This document shows positions 27,333 through 36,661 of a DNA stretch of 58,565 nt, piece by piece (positions within the stretch are counted from its first letter, which is position 1; the number at the start of each line of letters is the position of its first letter). Origin of the DNA: Planctomycetota bacterium (GTDB lineage Bacteria > Planctomycetota > B15-G4 > JADJEK01); assembly GCA_044225365.1 (NCBI GenBank), contig JBGAIQ010000033.1, positions 1 to 58,565 of the forward strand, written 5' to 3'. The notes beneath the pieces are model-generated. The model had not been told where the DNA came from. It worked only from the letters and a program-made list of their open reading frames with translations, and searched no databases. Position numbers and translations under genes: made by a program.

Positions 27333-28880
27333 TCAGAACAAGGTGTAGATGAAGGGCGCCACGAAGGGTGACGACGCGGCGACGACGAGCAGCATGCCGA
27401 TCGACAGCATCACGACGATCATCGGCAGCATGTACCAATGGCCGCGACGCAGGAACGTACCGTACAGCTCGTTGATGACGGAGATGCGCTTCCCGATCTT
27501 CACGAGGATGAAGATCAGCAGTCCGATGAGGACGGCCGGAGTCACCCATACGCCTACCGCGTGCGGCAGACTTCCCGCGAGCTTGCCCACTCCGTAGAAC
27601 ACGCCGCCGACGAAGGCGATGAGCGCCGCAACCTTCACGTAGGCGAGCACTGGGTTCTCGCGCTTGTAGCTGCGTGAATAGAACGTGCCGAGGATGAGCC
27701 ACAGGATGCCGACGACGATCGCCCAGGTGGGGATGCCGCCCGACTCGGCGTGATCGACGGTCTCGCCCTTCACGGCTCCGGTTCCAGGGCCGAGCAGATC
27801 CGGCTGGCTGAACCGCTGGAGCAATGTGCCCGCGGCGACGCGATAGCCATCGCGGTTCCAGTGCCAGTCGATGTCGAAATACAGCTTCGTGCCCTTCGCC
27901 GCCTCGGCCCGCAGCGCTTCGCGCGGGTCGACGACGATGAACCCGGCCGCCTTGCACAACTCGCCGAACCGATTCGTCGCCTTCGCGGGATCCAATTCAC
28001 TGCGCGAGATCCCGGGGAGCGTCGGCGGCAGTGGGGCATCCGGGTGGATCTCCCACTTGTTCGGAACGAGCAGAGCAATGGGCTTCGCGCCCGCGGCGAC
28101 GATCTCGCGCCCGAGTTTCTTCACGAGCGCACCGGTGATCGTCCACGCCTCGTCGATCGCGGAGGGCGCATCGACCAGCAGCGGACAATCCTCGAGGACG
28201 ACCGTTCGGCCGCCGACCGTGGTGAGCGCGGGGCGACGCGGATTCATCACGTTGTCGATGAGCGTGCCGACTGCGGAGTGCTTCACCCAGAACGGCGTCG
28301 GCCCGGGATCGGGAAGCGGCAGATTCGTCGCGACGAGATCGTCGCCCTTCGCTGCGAAGAGCGGCTTCTTGCGAATCGTGTAGGTGGCCTGACTGTTCTG
28401 GTAGACGTCGTTGAGGTACGGCGCGAACACCACGTAATCGGGCTTGAATGCCTTGCCGACCTTCTCGAAGAAGAGCAGTTCCTGATCGGTCGAGTAGCCT
28501 TCGGTTCCGCCGTTCAGCGCTTCGACCGCTTGGCCATTCGCTCGCAGATCCTTCTCGAGCACGCGCACGAAACCCTCGGCATCGGTCACGGTGTAACCGA
28601 GCGTGAACGAGTCGCCGACGAAGAGGATGCGCTTGGTGTTCCCCTTCTCCGCGCCGATCTCCGGACCCCGCATGCCGTAGGAATTCAACGCATAGTCGAC
28701 CGAGAACTCACCGCCGCGACCCTTGCGGTGCACGGTGACTTCCTTGCGATTCGCCCAGCCGCGATCGGCATCGAACTCGACGACCTGCGGTTGCGGACCG
28801 CATCCGGCGATGCGCAGCACGACGTCGAACACGAAGATCAACATCACGAACGTAACGAGATAACCGAGCAGACGATTCAT
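27333..28880 (-). CDS. SGNH/GDSL hydrolase (AlgX/AlgJ-like) fused to a C-terminal SxtK/DUF5989-like membrane peptide
   Basis: FVGDSFT, GYSTDQE, YLND, DWHWN; C-terminus FLRRGHWYMLPMIVVMLSIG...VAPFIYTLF. Confidence 0.8.
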   Translation of the reverse strand: MNRLLGYLVTFVMLIFVFDVVLRIAGCGPQPQVVEFDADRGWANRKEVTVHRKGRGGEFSVDYALNSYGMRGPEIGAEKGNTKRILFVGDSFTLGYTVTDAEGFVRVLEKDLRANGQAVEALNGGTEGYSTDQELLFFEKVGKAFKPDYVVFAPYLNDVYQNSQATYTIRKKPLFAAKGDDLVATNLPLPDPGPTPFWVKHSAVGTLIDNVMNPRRPALTTVGGRTVVLEDCPLLVDAPSAIDEAWTITGALVKKLGREIVAAGAKPIALLVPNKWEIHPDAPLPPTLPGISRSELDPAKATNRFGELCKAAGFIVVDPREALRAEAAKGTKLYFDIDWHWNRDGYRVAAGTLLQRFSQPDLLGPGTGAVKGETVDHAESGGIPTWAIVVGILWLILGTFYSRSYKRENPVLAYVKVAALIAFVGGVFYGVGKLAGSLPHAVGVWVTPAVLIGLLIFILVKIGKRISVINELYGTFLRRGHWYMLPMIVVMLSIGMLLVVAASSPFVAPFIYTLF

Positions 28881-28886
28881 GTTCGA

Positions 28887-30602
28887 TCACTTCCCGTTCT
28901 TCTGGACGACGAAGCGCGCGTTGTAGATGAGCGAATCCATGCCGGACTTCATGAACGTGTTGTACGCGTTCTCCGGAGTCTCGACGATCGGCTCACCCTT
29001 GAGGTTGAACGACGTGTTCAGGATGCAGGGCACGCCCGTCGCCTGCCCGAATTTCTCGATGAGGCGGTGGTATCGCGGCGCGAACTCCTTCATCACGCCC
29101 TGCACGCGACCGCTGTTGTCGACGTGCGTGATCGCGGGGATCTTGTCGCCCTTGACCTGGCAGACGTAGAGCATGAACCGCGCGGGATACTGATCCTTCG
29201 CGCCCGGCATGTCGAAGAAGTCCTCGAGCCGCTCCATGAGGATCGACGGTGCGAACGGGCGGAACGCCTCGCGGAACTTGATCTTCGCGTTGACGACGTC
29301 CTTCATCTCGGACGAGCGCGGATCGCCGATGATCGAGCGCGCGCCGAGCGCGCGCGGACCCCACTCGAAGCGATCGTTGTACCAGCCGAGCACGTTCTTC
29401 GTCGTCAGCTTGTCGACCGCGAAGTCGAGCGCCTTCTCTTCGTCGTCGAACTCGGTGTACGGGATGCCCTTCTTCTTCAGGCGATCCGCGACTTCCGAGT
29501 TGCTGTATTCGCTGCCCCAGTAGGCATGCTCCATCACGAAGCGCTTGCTGTTGCCGAGCAGATGGTTCCAGGCCCAGAACGCCGCGCCGACCGCGCCGCC
29601 GTCGTCGCCCGCCGCGGGCTGGACGTAGATGCGCTCGAACGGCGTCTGCTGCAGCACCTTGTAGTTCGCGACGCAATTCAGCGCGACGCCGCCGGACATG
29701 CAGAGGTTCTTCGACTTCGTCGTCTTGGCGAGATGGTTCGCCATCTTGATGAGGATCTCTTCGGTCACCGCCTGGATCGAGGCCGCCATGTCGGCGTAGT
29801 ACTCGTCCATGTGGACGTCGGCGCGCTTCGGATCGCGCGGCTGCCCGAACTCCTCGATGAACTTCGCGGACAGCGTGCTGTCCGGGGAGTAGTGGTACGA
29901 GAAGTACCGCATGTCGTGCCACAACGACCCGTCGTCGCCGATCTTGATCACCTTCTTGATCTTGTCGACGTACTTCGGCTTGCCGTACGGGGCCATGCCC
30001 ATCAGCTTGTATTCGCCCTCGTTCACTTCGAATCCGCAGAACGCGGTGAACGCCGAATACAACAACCCGATCGAGTGCGGGAACCGCATCTCGGACTGGA
30101 TGTGGATCTTGTTGCCCTTGCCGTAGCCCATGGTCGACGTCGACCACTCGCCGGCGCCGTCGACCGTGAGGATCGCGGACTCTTCGAACGGCGAGCAGAA
30201 GTAGCTCGCGGCCGCGTGGCTCATGTGGTGATCGGCGAACAGGATCTTCTTGGGATCGAGCTTCAGCTTCTCCTTGAGGAGCGACTTGATCCACAGCTTG
30301 TCGGTGAGCCACGTGAGCATGGACTCACGGAACACCTTCCAGCTCTTCGGGAAGGTCTTCAAGGTCGAGAGCAGGATGCGCTCGAACTTGACGAACGGCT
30401 TCTCGTAGAAGACGACGTAGTCGACGTCCTCGAGCTTGATCCCCGCGCGCTTCAGGCAGAATTCGATCGCGAGCATCGGGAAGCCGTGATCGTGCTTCAC
30501 GCGCGAGAAACGCTCTTCCTCGCCGGCCGCGACGAGCACGCCGTCCTTGACCAGGGCGGCGGCCGAGTCGTGATAGAAGAAGGACAGACCTAGGATATTC
30601 AT
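28887..30602 (-). CDS. O-carbamoyltransferase (NodU/CmcH/SxtI family)
   Basis: YHDSAA, EEERFSRVKH, HHMSHAAS, DGAGE, GGVALNCVAN, EWGPRALGARS, KFREAFRPFAP, LNTSFN. Confidence 0.95.
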   Translation of the reverse strand: MNILGLSFFYHDSAAALVKDGVLVAAGEEERFSRVKHDHGFPMLAIEFCLKRAGIKLEDVDYVVFYEKPFVKFERILLSTLKTFPKSWKVFRESMLTWLTDKLWIKSLLKEKLKLDPKKILFADHHMSHAAASYFCSPFEESAILTVDGAGEWSTSTMGYGKGNKIHIQSEMRFPHSIGLLYSAFTAFCGFEVNEGEYKLMGMAPYGKPKYVDKIKKVIKIGDDGSLWHDMRYFSYHYSPDSTLSAKFIEEFGQPRDPKRADVHMDEYYADMAASIQAVTEEILIKMANHLAKTTKSKNLCMSGGVALNCVANYKVLQQTPFERIYVQPAAGDDGGAVGAAFWAWNHLLGNSKRFVMEHAYWGSEYSNSEVADRLKKKGIPYTEFDDEEKALDFAVDKLTTKNVLGWYNDRFEWGPRALGARSIIGDPRSSEMKDVVNAKIKFREAFRPFAPSILMERLEDFFDMPGAKDQYPARFMLYVCQVKGDKIPAITHVDNSGRVQGVMKEFAPRYHRLIEKFGQATGVPCILNTSFNLKGEPIVETPENAYNTFMKSGMDSLIYNARFVVQKNGK

Positions 30603-30723
30603 TCGTCACTCTCCCTCCGCGAGGAGGGTTGCTTGTTGTTCGGTTCGGACGAGCGAGTCGACGCTTTGCTCCGTCGCGCGGGCGCGACCTCGGAGCGACG
30701 CCGAACTCGTTCGAGTTCGATGG

Positions 30724-31074
30724 TCAGCCCTGGCGGCGCGCCGAGTCGAGGTCCTCGTTGGCTTCCTTCCACGGGCGCATGCTCGAGCGGTTCGCGGGGT
30801 AGCTCAGGATGAACGGATCCGCGATGAAGCGGTAGATCACTCCGATCGGAGCGATCAGCAGGACGTAGAGCGCCGTGAGCACGATGCGCGACATCATGTG
30901 ACCGAAGCGCTCCATGAAGAACTTGAACCCGGGGATCAGGCCGGGAGGCGCTTCGAGGTCGTCCTCGCTTTGCTCGTAGACGGCTTTCTTGAATCCGTCG
31001 CCGACATTTTGCGGCGGCGGGCTGACGGCGCCGTGCTGTTCGATCTTCTTGTCGTCGCTCTGCTCGGAAGCCAT
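30724..31074 (-). CDS. SxtJ-like small membrane protein
   Basis: GHMMSRIVLTALYVLLIAPIGVIYRFIADP resembles the SxtJ family; adjacent to the carbamoyltransferase. Confidence 0.7.
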   Translation of the reverse strand: MASEQSDDKKIEQHGAVSPPPQNVGDGFKKAVYEQSEDDLEAPPGLIPGFKFFMERFGHMMSRIVLTALYVLLIAPIGVIYRFIADPFILSYPANRSSMRPWKEANEDLDSARRQG

Positions 31075-31527
31075 CCAGTACCTCTCGGAAACGTAATACC
31101 GCGCCAGCTCCGATGATCGGCCAATGGCGTGTCAATTCTTCACGGCTTTAGGGGGCCTTGAAAAGCGAATCAGTATACCGCAGATGCGCGGTGGGGCCAC
31201 TGCCTGACCGCTCCACAAGGTTCGGCCGGCCGGGCTGCGACCTTTCGTCGCTCCGACCCTACTCAAGGGCCGTTCACCTGTCCTCGATCTTCCTGCTTGC
31301 GGGCTGGATCGACGGGCGGGGGATCGAAGTTGGCGCTCAAGTCGCGCGGAAGTCGATCGCCGGCGCGAGATAGGGCCGATCGAAAATCTGCGCTCGATCT
31401 CGAAGGGGAATCGCGATCGGAACGGGAGCTTCGGCGCCCGCGTCGCGCCGGGAATCGCGTGAAGTTCCGCGCCGATATGCACCGCATCCCGATCACGAGT
31501 CGAAGATCTCGGAGATCTCGGAGATCC

Positions 31528-34245
31528 ATGAGTATGAGACGCCGCACTGCCCTCGTTCTCGCCGCCCTCGGTATGTTCGTCTTGCACTTCGCGTGTGCGA
31601 GGAGCGCTTCTGCGATGGGAAGCGCGCGCAGCAGTACGCGTCCGTGGCCGCTGCGTCCCCTCGATCGGGAGGGAGCCGCCGCCGTCCGCGTCGCGCTGGA
31701 TCCGAGCGACACCGCGCCGCTCTCCGACCTCGCGGCCGTCCGCTTCGAGCGTGTCGAGATGCCCGACGGCCGCCGAATCGACCTCGACCTCACCCGCGTT
31801 CGTCCCGTGACTCGCGATTGCGTATTCGCGATCGATGGCGGTCGCGCGCCCATGCCGCCCGACGAAGGGCTCACCATGTGGACCGGCAAGGTCGAGGGCG
31901 ATCCCGACGGCCACGTCTTCCTCGCGTTCTCTCCCGCTGGTTCGCGCGGCGTGATCGAACTACGCGATCGGCGCTACCACATCGTCGCCCAGCGCGGCGC
32001 CGACGGCGCGTTCGACAGCGGCGCGAGCCGTCTCGAAGTCGCGCTTCCCGAAGACGATCTCATGGCGCCGTTCCAATGCGGCGAGATGACGATCGACCAG
32101 CCGTTCTTCCGCACGTTGCGCGGTCCGCCCGCGAAGTCGGCGCCACCGGCCAGCGGAGATGGCGGCACCGCGGAGAGCCCGCCCCCGACCGCGAATTCGT
32201 TCAACACGCTCTACGACTGCACCGTCGGCGTCGAGACCGACTACCAGCTCTATCAGAAGTTCAACAACGCGCAGTCGCTCGGCAACTACGTAGCGACGCT
32301 CTTCGGCGCGATCTCCGCGCTCTACCAGCAGGAGATCGGTGTCAGCCTCACGGTCAACTACGTCGGCGTGTGGACCACCTCGAACGATCCGTGGGTGGCG
32401 CAGGACGGCGGCGGCAACGCGAACGCCGTGCTCAACGAATTCCAGAGCAAGTGGGGCGGAAACAAGGCGCCCGTCGTCTCCAAGCTCCATCACTTCCTGT
32501 CCGGTGCGAACCTGGGCGGTGGTGTCGCGTGGCTCGACGTCCTGTGTTCACCGTCGTACTCGTTCGGAGTGAGCGGCAACCTCAGCGGCAACCTCACGAC
32601 GCCGGTCTCGCAGGGCGGAGGGACTTGGGACTTCGTCGTCGCGGCGCACGAGATGGGGCACAACTTCGGCACCCAGCACACGCACGACTACTGTCCGCCG
32701 CTCGATCAGTGCGCGGCCGCCTCGTACTTCGGCTCGTGTCAGACGCAGCAGGTCTGCGGACAAGGCACGATCATGAGCTACTGCCATACCTGCTCGGGCG
32801 GCATGAACAACATCCAGATCACGTTCGGCTCGACCGTCGCCGCCGTGATGCGCGATGCCGCCGACAACGGCTGCTTGCCCGTCGTCTCGAGCGCTCCGGA
32901 TCTCTCCGCCGCGATTCTTTCCGGTCCTGCGGGTGCCACGATCGGTTCGGTGATCGACTGCTCGGTGCGCGTCAACAGCGTCGGCGCGGCGTACTCGGGC
33001 CCGTACGACTTCCAGATTCGTCTCAGCTCCGACGCCGTCATCACGAGCGCGGACCCGGCGATCTACTCGGGGACCGGGAATGCGCTCGGCGCGGCGTTCT
33101 CGGTTCAGGCGACGATCCCGCTGCTCACCGCGCTCGGCAGCTACCACCTGGGGCTCACGGTCGACTCCGTTACGAACGAGACCAACGGCGCGAACAACTC
33201 GCTCGACGGCGGCGTCATTTCGATCCACGCCGGCAGCGGCGCACCCGATCTCGTCGCGGTCGACATCACCGGCCCCGCGAGCGCGAGTCCGGGCGACGTC
33301 GTCTCGCTCACCCGCACGATCGTCAACACGGGCGGCGCCCTCGCGTCGGCGTTCGACTACGAAGTGCGATTGACGCAGAACAACGTGGTGACGAGCAACG
33401 ATGTCCTCGTCGCGACGGTTTCGTCGAGTCAGATGGGGCAGCTCGTGATGAGCGGCGTGACGATCCCGCCGTCGCTCGCGGCTGGCACCTGGTACTACGG
33501 CATCCTCGTTCCGCCCGTTTCCGGCGAGACCGATTCGAGCGACAACTCGTACGTCGGCGGCAGCGTGGCGATCGCGAGCGTGCCCGGCATCGCGACGGCG
33601 TTCGATCCCGGGGACGATCTCTCCGGCGCGATCGCCAATCTCTCCGACGTCGACGGCGCCGACTTCTACGCCGTTCAGGGCGAAGCCGTCGGCTTCACGC
33701 TCTCGCAGGTCGCGAACGGTCTCGCCGTGAGCTTCGCGGTGACGCCGCAGGGCGGCAGCGCCGTTTCGCTCGGCGCGGCATCGCTCGGTGTCCCGCTCAG
33801 CTACCTCGTGCCTTCGACCGGGCTCTACCATTTCGCGCTCACGGCAAGCGCTGGCTCGGGCAACTACACCGTGGCGACGCAGGGAAACTTCGCCGGAGCG
33901 CTCACGGAGTTCACGCAGAAGCTCCTCGCAGCGAATGGTCCCACGCAGCACCACATGCTCCCCGCGATCCCGGGGACGCTGCTCGATCTCACCGCGACGG
34001 CGAGCAAGAAGCTGAAGAGCAAGTCGCTCGTCCCTGCTCTCTTCGATCCGTCGCATGCTGCGCTCGACATCTCCCCGTACCTCACGCCGGTCGGCAAGAA
34101 GGGATTCGCGCTCGACGCGGTCTATCTCGATGCGGCGGGAACGTTCGACCTTTCGATCGGCGGCGTGAAGGGCACCGGGAAACCGGTGACGGTCACCGGT
34201 TCGCTCGTGTTCCCGGTCGGCGGCGCGCTCCTCACGATCGACTGA
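31528..34245 (+). CDS. Secreted M12 (reprolysin-like) metallopeptidase with CARDB-like and PPC-like domains
   Basis: Signal peptide, HEMGHNFGTQH, Met-turn TIMSY, two APDL...ExxxxNN CARDB-like repeats. Confidence 0.88.
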   Translation: MSMRRRTALVLAALGMFVLHFACARSASAMGSARSSTRPWPLRPLDREGAAAVRVALDPSDTAPLSDLAAVRFERVEMPDGRRIDLDLTRVRPVTRDCVFAIDGGRAPMPPDEGLTMWTGKVEGDPDGHVFLAFSPAGSRGVIELRDRRYHIVAQRGADGAFDSGASRLEVALPEDDLMAPFQCGEMTIDQPFFRTLRGPPAKSAPPASGDGGTAESPPPTANSFNTLYDCTVGVETDYQLYQKFNNAQSLGNYVATLFGAISALYQQEIGVSLTVNYVGVWTTSNDPWVAQDGGGNANAVLNEFQSKWGGNKAPVVSKLHHFLSGANLGGGVAWLDVLCSPSYSFGVSGNLSGNLTTPVSQGGGTWDFVVAAHEMGHNFGTQHTHDYCPPLDQCAAASYFGSCQTQQVCGQGTIMSYCHTCSGGMNNIQITFGSTVAAVMRDAADNGCLPVVSSAPDLSAAILSGPAGATIGSVIDCSVRVNSVGAAYSGPYDFQIRLSSDAVITSADPAIYSGTGNALGAAFSVQATIPLLTALGSYHLGLTVDSVTNETNGANNSLDGGVISIHAGSGAPDLVAVDITGPASASPGDVVSLTRTIVNTGGALASAFDYEVRLTQNNVVTSNDVLVATVSSSQMGQLVMSGVTIPPSLAAGTWYYGILVPPVSGETDSSDNSYVGGSVAIASVPGIATAFDPGDDLSGAIANLSDVDGADFYAVQGEAVGFTLSQVANGLAVSFAVTPQGGSAVSLGAASLGVPLSYLVPSTGLYHFALTASAGSGNYTVATQGNFAGALTEFTQKLLAANGPTQHHMLPAIPGTLLDLTATASKKLKSKSLVPALFDPSHAALDISPYLTPVGKKGFALDAVYLDAAGTFDLSIGGVKGTGKPVTVTGSLVFPVGGALLTID

Positions 34246-34311
34246 GCGCCTCCGCAGCATTCGTCGATTGCGATTGCGCGGCGCTCCAAGTAGGAAGAAC
34301 GCCAGGAAAAG

Positions 34312-34337
34312 GGCGGCGTGGAACGTCCCACGCCGCC
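34312..34337. terminator. GC-rich hairpin between the protease gene and murA
   Basis: GGCGGCGTGG-AACGTC-CCACGCCGCC preceded by AAAA (T-tract only on the minus strand). Confidence 0.35.
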
Positions 34338-34363
34338 GCGATTCCTAGCGAGCGCGAGCGTCC

Positions 34364-35644
34364 ATGAGTCGATTCGTCATTCGCGGCGGCAAGCCGCTCT
34401 TCGGTGAAGTCACGGTCGGTGGCAACAAGAACGCGGCGCTGCCGATGCTCGCCGCCTGCCTGCTCACCGAGGACGAGGTGACGTTGGAGAACGTCCCCGC
34501 CATCCGCGATGTCGCCGCGATGCTCGAGATCCTGACCGTGCTCGGAGTCGCGGTCCGTCGCGAAGGCTCGCGTGTGCACCTCTGCGCAAAGAGCGTCGCG
34601 ACCTCGACGATCCCGCGCGAGCTCTGCGAGCGCGTACGGACATCGTTCCTCCTCGTCGCCCCGCTGCTCGCGCGCTGCGGCCACGCCAAGCTGTTCCCGC
34701 CCGGCGGCGACGCGATCGGACGGCGACGCCTCGACGCGCATTTCTATGGACTGCGCACGCTCGGCGCCGAGGTGAACGAAGAAGATCTCGAGTTCCGATT
34801 GAAGGGCACGTTCGCCGGCCGCGTGCTCTTCTTCGACGAAGCGAGCGTGACTGCGACCGAGCACATCCTGATGGCCGCCGCGCTCGCCACCGGCGAGACG
34901 ACGATCCTCAACGCTGCATGCGAGCCGCACGTCCAGGACCTTGCGAAGATGCTGCGCAAGATGGGCGCGCACGTGCGCGGCATCGGCACCAACACTCTCA
35001 CGATCGAGGGCGTCCCCAAACTGAAGGGATGCAAGCATCGCATCGAATCCGATCACATCGAGGCCGGCAGCTACCTCGCGCTCGTCGCCGCGACCGGCGG
35101 CGAGGTCGTCGTCCACGATACGGTGAAGTCGCACTACTGGATGATCCGGCGCGTCTTCGAGCGCTTCTCGCTCGAGCTCGAATTGGAGAAGGATTTCGTC
35201 CGCCTCAAGGGCGGTCAGCGCCCGCGCGTGGTCCGCGACATCGGCGGCGCGATGCCGCGCGTCGACGACGGTCCGTGGCCGCAATTCCCGTCCGACCTCA
35301 TGAGCGCGATGCTCGTGCTCGCGACGCAGGCCGAGGGCACCGTCCTCTTCTTCGAGAAGATGTTCGAGAGCCGGATGTACTTCGTCGACCCGTTGATCCA
35401 GATGGGCGCGAACGCGATCGTCTGCGATCCCCATCGCGTCGTCGTCTCGGGCCCGGCAAAGCTCCAGGGCGCGACCGTCCGCAGTCCCGACATCCGGGCG
35501 GGCATGGCTCTCCTCATCGCGGCGCTCTGCGCCACGCGACGCCCCTCGGTCGTCCACGCCGTCGAGATCATCGACCGCGGCTACGAGAACATCGACGCCA
35601 AGCTGCGCGCCCTCGGCGCCGACATCGTGCGCGAGAGCGACTGA
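34364..35644 (+). CDS. murA: UDP-N-acetylglucosamine 1-carboxyvinyltransferase (Asp-type active site)
   Basis: GGNKNAALP, PPGGDAIGRR, SVTATE, NAACEP, PWPQFPSD, DIRAG, IDRGYE. Confidence 0.95.
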   Translation: MSRFVIRGGKPLFGEVTVGGNKNAALPMLAACLLTEDEVTLENVPAIRDVAAMLEILTVLGVAVRREGSRVHLCAKSVATSTIPRELCERVRTSFLLVAPLLARCGHAKLFPPGGDAIGRRRLDAHFYGLRTLGAEVNEEDLEFRLKGTFAGRVLFFDEASVTATEHILMAAALATGETTILNAACEPHVQDLAKMLRKMGAHVRGIGTNTLTIEGVPKLKGCKHRIESDHIEAGSYLALVAATGGEVVVHDTVKSHYWMIRRVFERFSLELELEKDFVRLKGGQRPRVVRDIGGAMPRVDDGPWPQFPSDLMSAMLVLATQAEGTVLFFEKMFESRMYFVDPLIQMGANAIVCDPHRVVVSGPAKLQGATVRSPDIRAGMALLIAALCATRRPSVVHAVEIIDRGYENIDAKLRALGADIVRESD

Positions 35645-35662
35645 AAGGACCCCCGGGCTCTT

Positions 35663-35740
35663 CTGGACCGCCGGGCTCCGCCCGGCTTCCGGCTTGCCTG
35701 GCCTGCACCGCCTGGCTGGACCGCCGGGCTCCGCCCGGCT
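35663..35740 (+). repeat. Two direct copies of a REP-like hairpin
   Basis: CTGGACCGCCGGGCTCCGCCCGGCT at 35663-35687 and 35716-35740. Confidence 0.8.
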
Positions 35741-35917
35741 CTTCGTCGACCCAGCATCCTCCCCTGCGCCCTCCTCCTCGCGATCAGACGCCGCATCGCT
35801 ACGATAAGCCGCGCCGACTTCACGCTGCTCGCCAAGCGCGGAGCCGCCGAATCCCGTTCGGCGAACCGAGCCCGTCGATTCTGGGCATCCACCCGCAGAG
35901 TGATCCAAGGGGCGACG

Positions 35918-36406
35918 ATGAAGATGCCTGCGGCAGGCCTTGTCTCTCGTCACTTGTTTCATTTGGCCACGCGTCCCGCGCTGCCCTTCATCCTTCGCGC
36001 GGGGCTTGGGTCGGTCGCTGTCAGCTTGATCGTCGTGGCCAGCGCAATATGGCTACGTCCAAGCCTGGAGGACTACCCGAATGAGATCGAGCGAGTCTCG
36101 TTTCTGTCTCTCGTCGTGATCGCGCCGTTCATCGAGACGCTCGTGTTTCAGTGGTTTCCCGTGTGGCTCACGCGGCTCTTTACTCAGCGATTCCGAACGA
36201 CGTTGCTCGTCGCATGGATTCCTTTCGCGTTGACGCACTTCTTCAACAACCCATTGTCGGGGATTTCAGTCCTTGCGGGTGGGTATTACATCGGGTTCAC
36301 CTACGCAATCTGGGTTCGTCGATCCACGGGGAAGGCGATCCTCGTCACGTCCGCCGTCCATGCGTTCAACAATCTGGTGGCCTGGGTGCTCATCAAGTTC
36401 ACCTGA
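35918..36406 (+). CDS. CPBP (CAAX/Abi) family intramembrane protease-like protein
   Basis: APFIETLVFQ, FALTH, VHAFNN motifs; multiple TM helices; codon usage less GC-biased than neighbours. Confidence 0.75.
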   Translation: MKMPAAGLVSRHLFHLATRPALPFILRAGLGSVAVSLIVVASAIWLRPSLEDYPNEIERVSFLSLVVIAPFIETLVFQWFPVWLTRLFTQRFRTTLLVAWIPFALTHFFNNPLSGISVLAGGYYIGFTYAIWVRRSTGKAILVTSAVHAFNNLVAWVLIKFT

Positions 36407-36418
36407 CGGAAGCACGAA

Positions 36419-36453
36419 CTGGGAGCGTCGGGCTCCAGCCCGGCATCGCTCCC
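36419..36453 (+). repeat. REP-like hairpin of the same family as 35663/35716
   Basis: CTGGGAGCGTCGGGCTCCAGCCCGGCATCGCTCCC immediately after the CPBP stop. Confidence 0.65.
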
Positions 36454-36661
36454 TCCTCTCGCGAAATGACTACAGCTCGATTCGGGCGTTGAAGATCGAA
36501 TTCGAATCGGTGTCTCCCTCGAATCCGCGGGAATGCACTGCTGCCGAAAACGGAAGACCGAGCAGTACGATGGCGGCAATTGCGATGCGTGTCGTTAGAA
36601 TAGCCGATTACAGAGAACACCGCGGAAACTCCGCGGTAGACGACAATAGGACGGGTCGATC

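Noticed and set aside
28887-31074. Saxitoxin biosynthesis cluster
   Set aside because: No sxtA, sxtG, sxtB or other core genes; sxtI/J/K homologs are widespread outside toxin producers
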